DNA of 49,787 nucleotides from Dirinaria sp. TL-2023a (Eukaryota): NCBI GenBank assembly GCA_051941275.1, contig JAVEBF010000024.1, positions 1 to 49,787 of the forward strand, read 5' to 3'. Shown piece by piece: positions 49,215 to 49,787 of this stretch (position 1 is its first letter; each line of letters starts with the position of its first letter). The notes under the pieces were generated by a model. It saw only the letters and a program-made list of their open reading frames with translations, ran no database searches and was not told where the DNA came from. The position numbers and the translations under genes were made by a program.

Positions 49215-49787
49215 ATGCGGTCAAGCGTGACTTTTTGGCTTCTAGCGTTTTTATCATCCCTATTCATCCGCGCGGCGGGAGCAAACTCATCAAACCCAGA
49301 CCCAAGCCTCGCTCCAGCTCCAGCTCTAACCACAGCACCATCAGCAGCAGCCTCACCCACCACCACCCTACACCACCGCCCCACAAACCCCAACCAAAAG
49401 CGCGCCCAAATCTATCCCGTCCCCAACGGCTGGCAGCTACACGTAACCACATCCGCATGCCTCCTCCCGCTAAACCAAGCCTCCGAAACCCTCGCGCGGT
49501 TCTACACTCAGATCTCGCTGCTCGCGCCGTTTCAAATGGCGCAGGAACATTTCTATCGCCTGCGCTGCGGGCAGCTGGCGCTCGAGTTCTTCTGCGCCGA
49601 GAGCCCCGTCTCGTGGGTCCTTGTTGAGGATTTCACGCGGATCATGGCCCAGGCTGCCATCAGGGGCTGGACGGCGAGTTATAGTATGTTTTATACGCAT
49701 CCTGTGAAGGAGGTTACGATTGCTATTCAGCTTTATTGGATGGATGCGGGTGCGGGGGATGGGAGTGGGAGTGGGAGTGGGAGTGGG
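49215..49787 (+). CDS. Hypothetical secreted protein, running off the window end
   Basis: Open frame MRSSVTFWLLAFLSSLFIRAAGA..., a Pro/Thr-rich linker, a KR site, then a globular part (GWQLHV...LARFYTQI...GQLALEF...VSWVLVEDF...RGWTASY). No stop before 49787, so it is missing from the ORF track. Confidence 0.75.
   Translation, partial: MRSSVTFWLLAFLSSLFIRAAGANSSNPDPSLAPAPALTTAPSAAASPTTTLHHRPTNPNQKRAQIYPVPNGWQLHVTTSACLLPLNQASETLARFYTQISLLAPFQMAQEHFYRLRCGQLALEFFCAESPVSWVLVEDFTRIMAQAAIRGWTASYSMFYTHPVKEVTIAIQLYWMDAGAGDGSGSGSGSG
49761..49787 (+). repeat. (GGGAGT)n hexanucleotide repeat encoding a Gly-Ser tract
   Basis: gggagtgggagtgggagtgggagtggg, in frame with the CDS that starts at 49215. Confidence 0.8.

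Noticed and set aside
49761..49787. Telomeric repeat at the window end
   Set aside because: The unit is GGGAGT, not TTAGGG, and it lies in frame within a CDS as a Gly-Ser tract.

Overview
Intron-rich genomic DNA from a filamentous ascomycete; the gene content suggests a lichen-forming fungus, which is inference only. The left end (1-2260) is transposon-derived: a 12-bp minisatellite, an LTR-like element and a TA-flanked MITE. Next comes a decaying secondary-metabolite cluster. It has a highly reducing PKS (KS-AT-DH-cMT-ER-KR-ACP) with four in-frame nonsense codons and a cytochrome P450 with four in-frame stops. Three O-methyltransferases and a PTH11-like membrane protein in the cluster appear intact. 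The most notable element is a compact, apparently intact fungal RiPP (dikaritin-type) locus at about 29.1-33.0 kb. Two DUF3328/UstYa-like oxidase genes flank a 70-aa, three-exon secreted precursor that the ORF track misses. The precursor carries two KR-separated repeats of DAD[D/E]AIVYPDEKFYAEEY that differ almost only at synonymous sites. The right half holds an ankyrin-like pseudogene, a second PTH11-like gene, a DUF3533/SNG1-like membrane gene and several small secreted or membrane proteins. All gene models were spliced by eye and no database searches were run.
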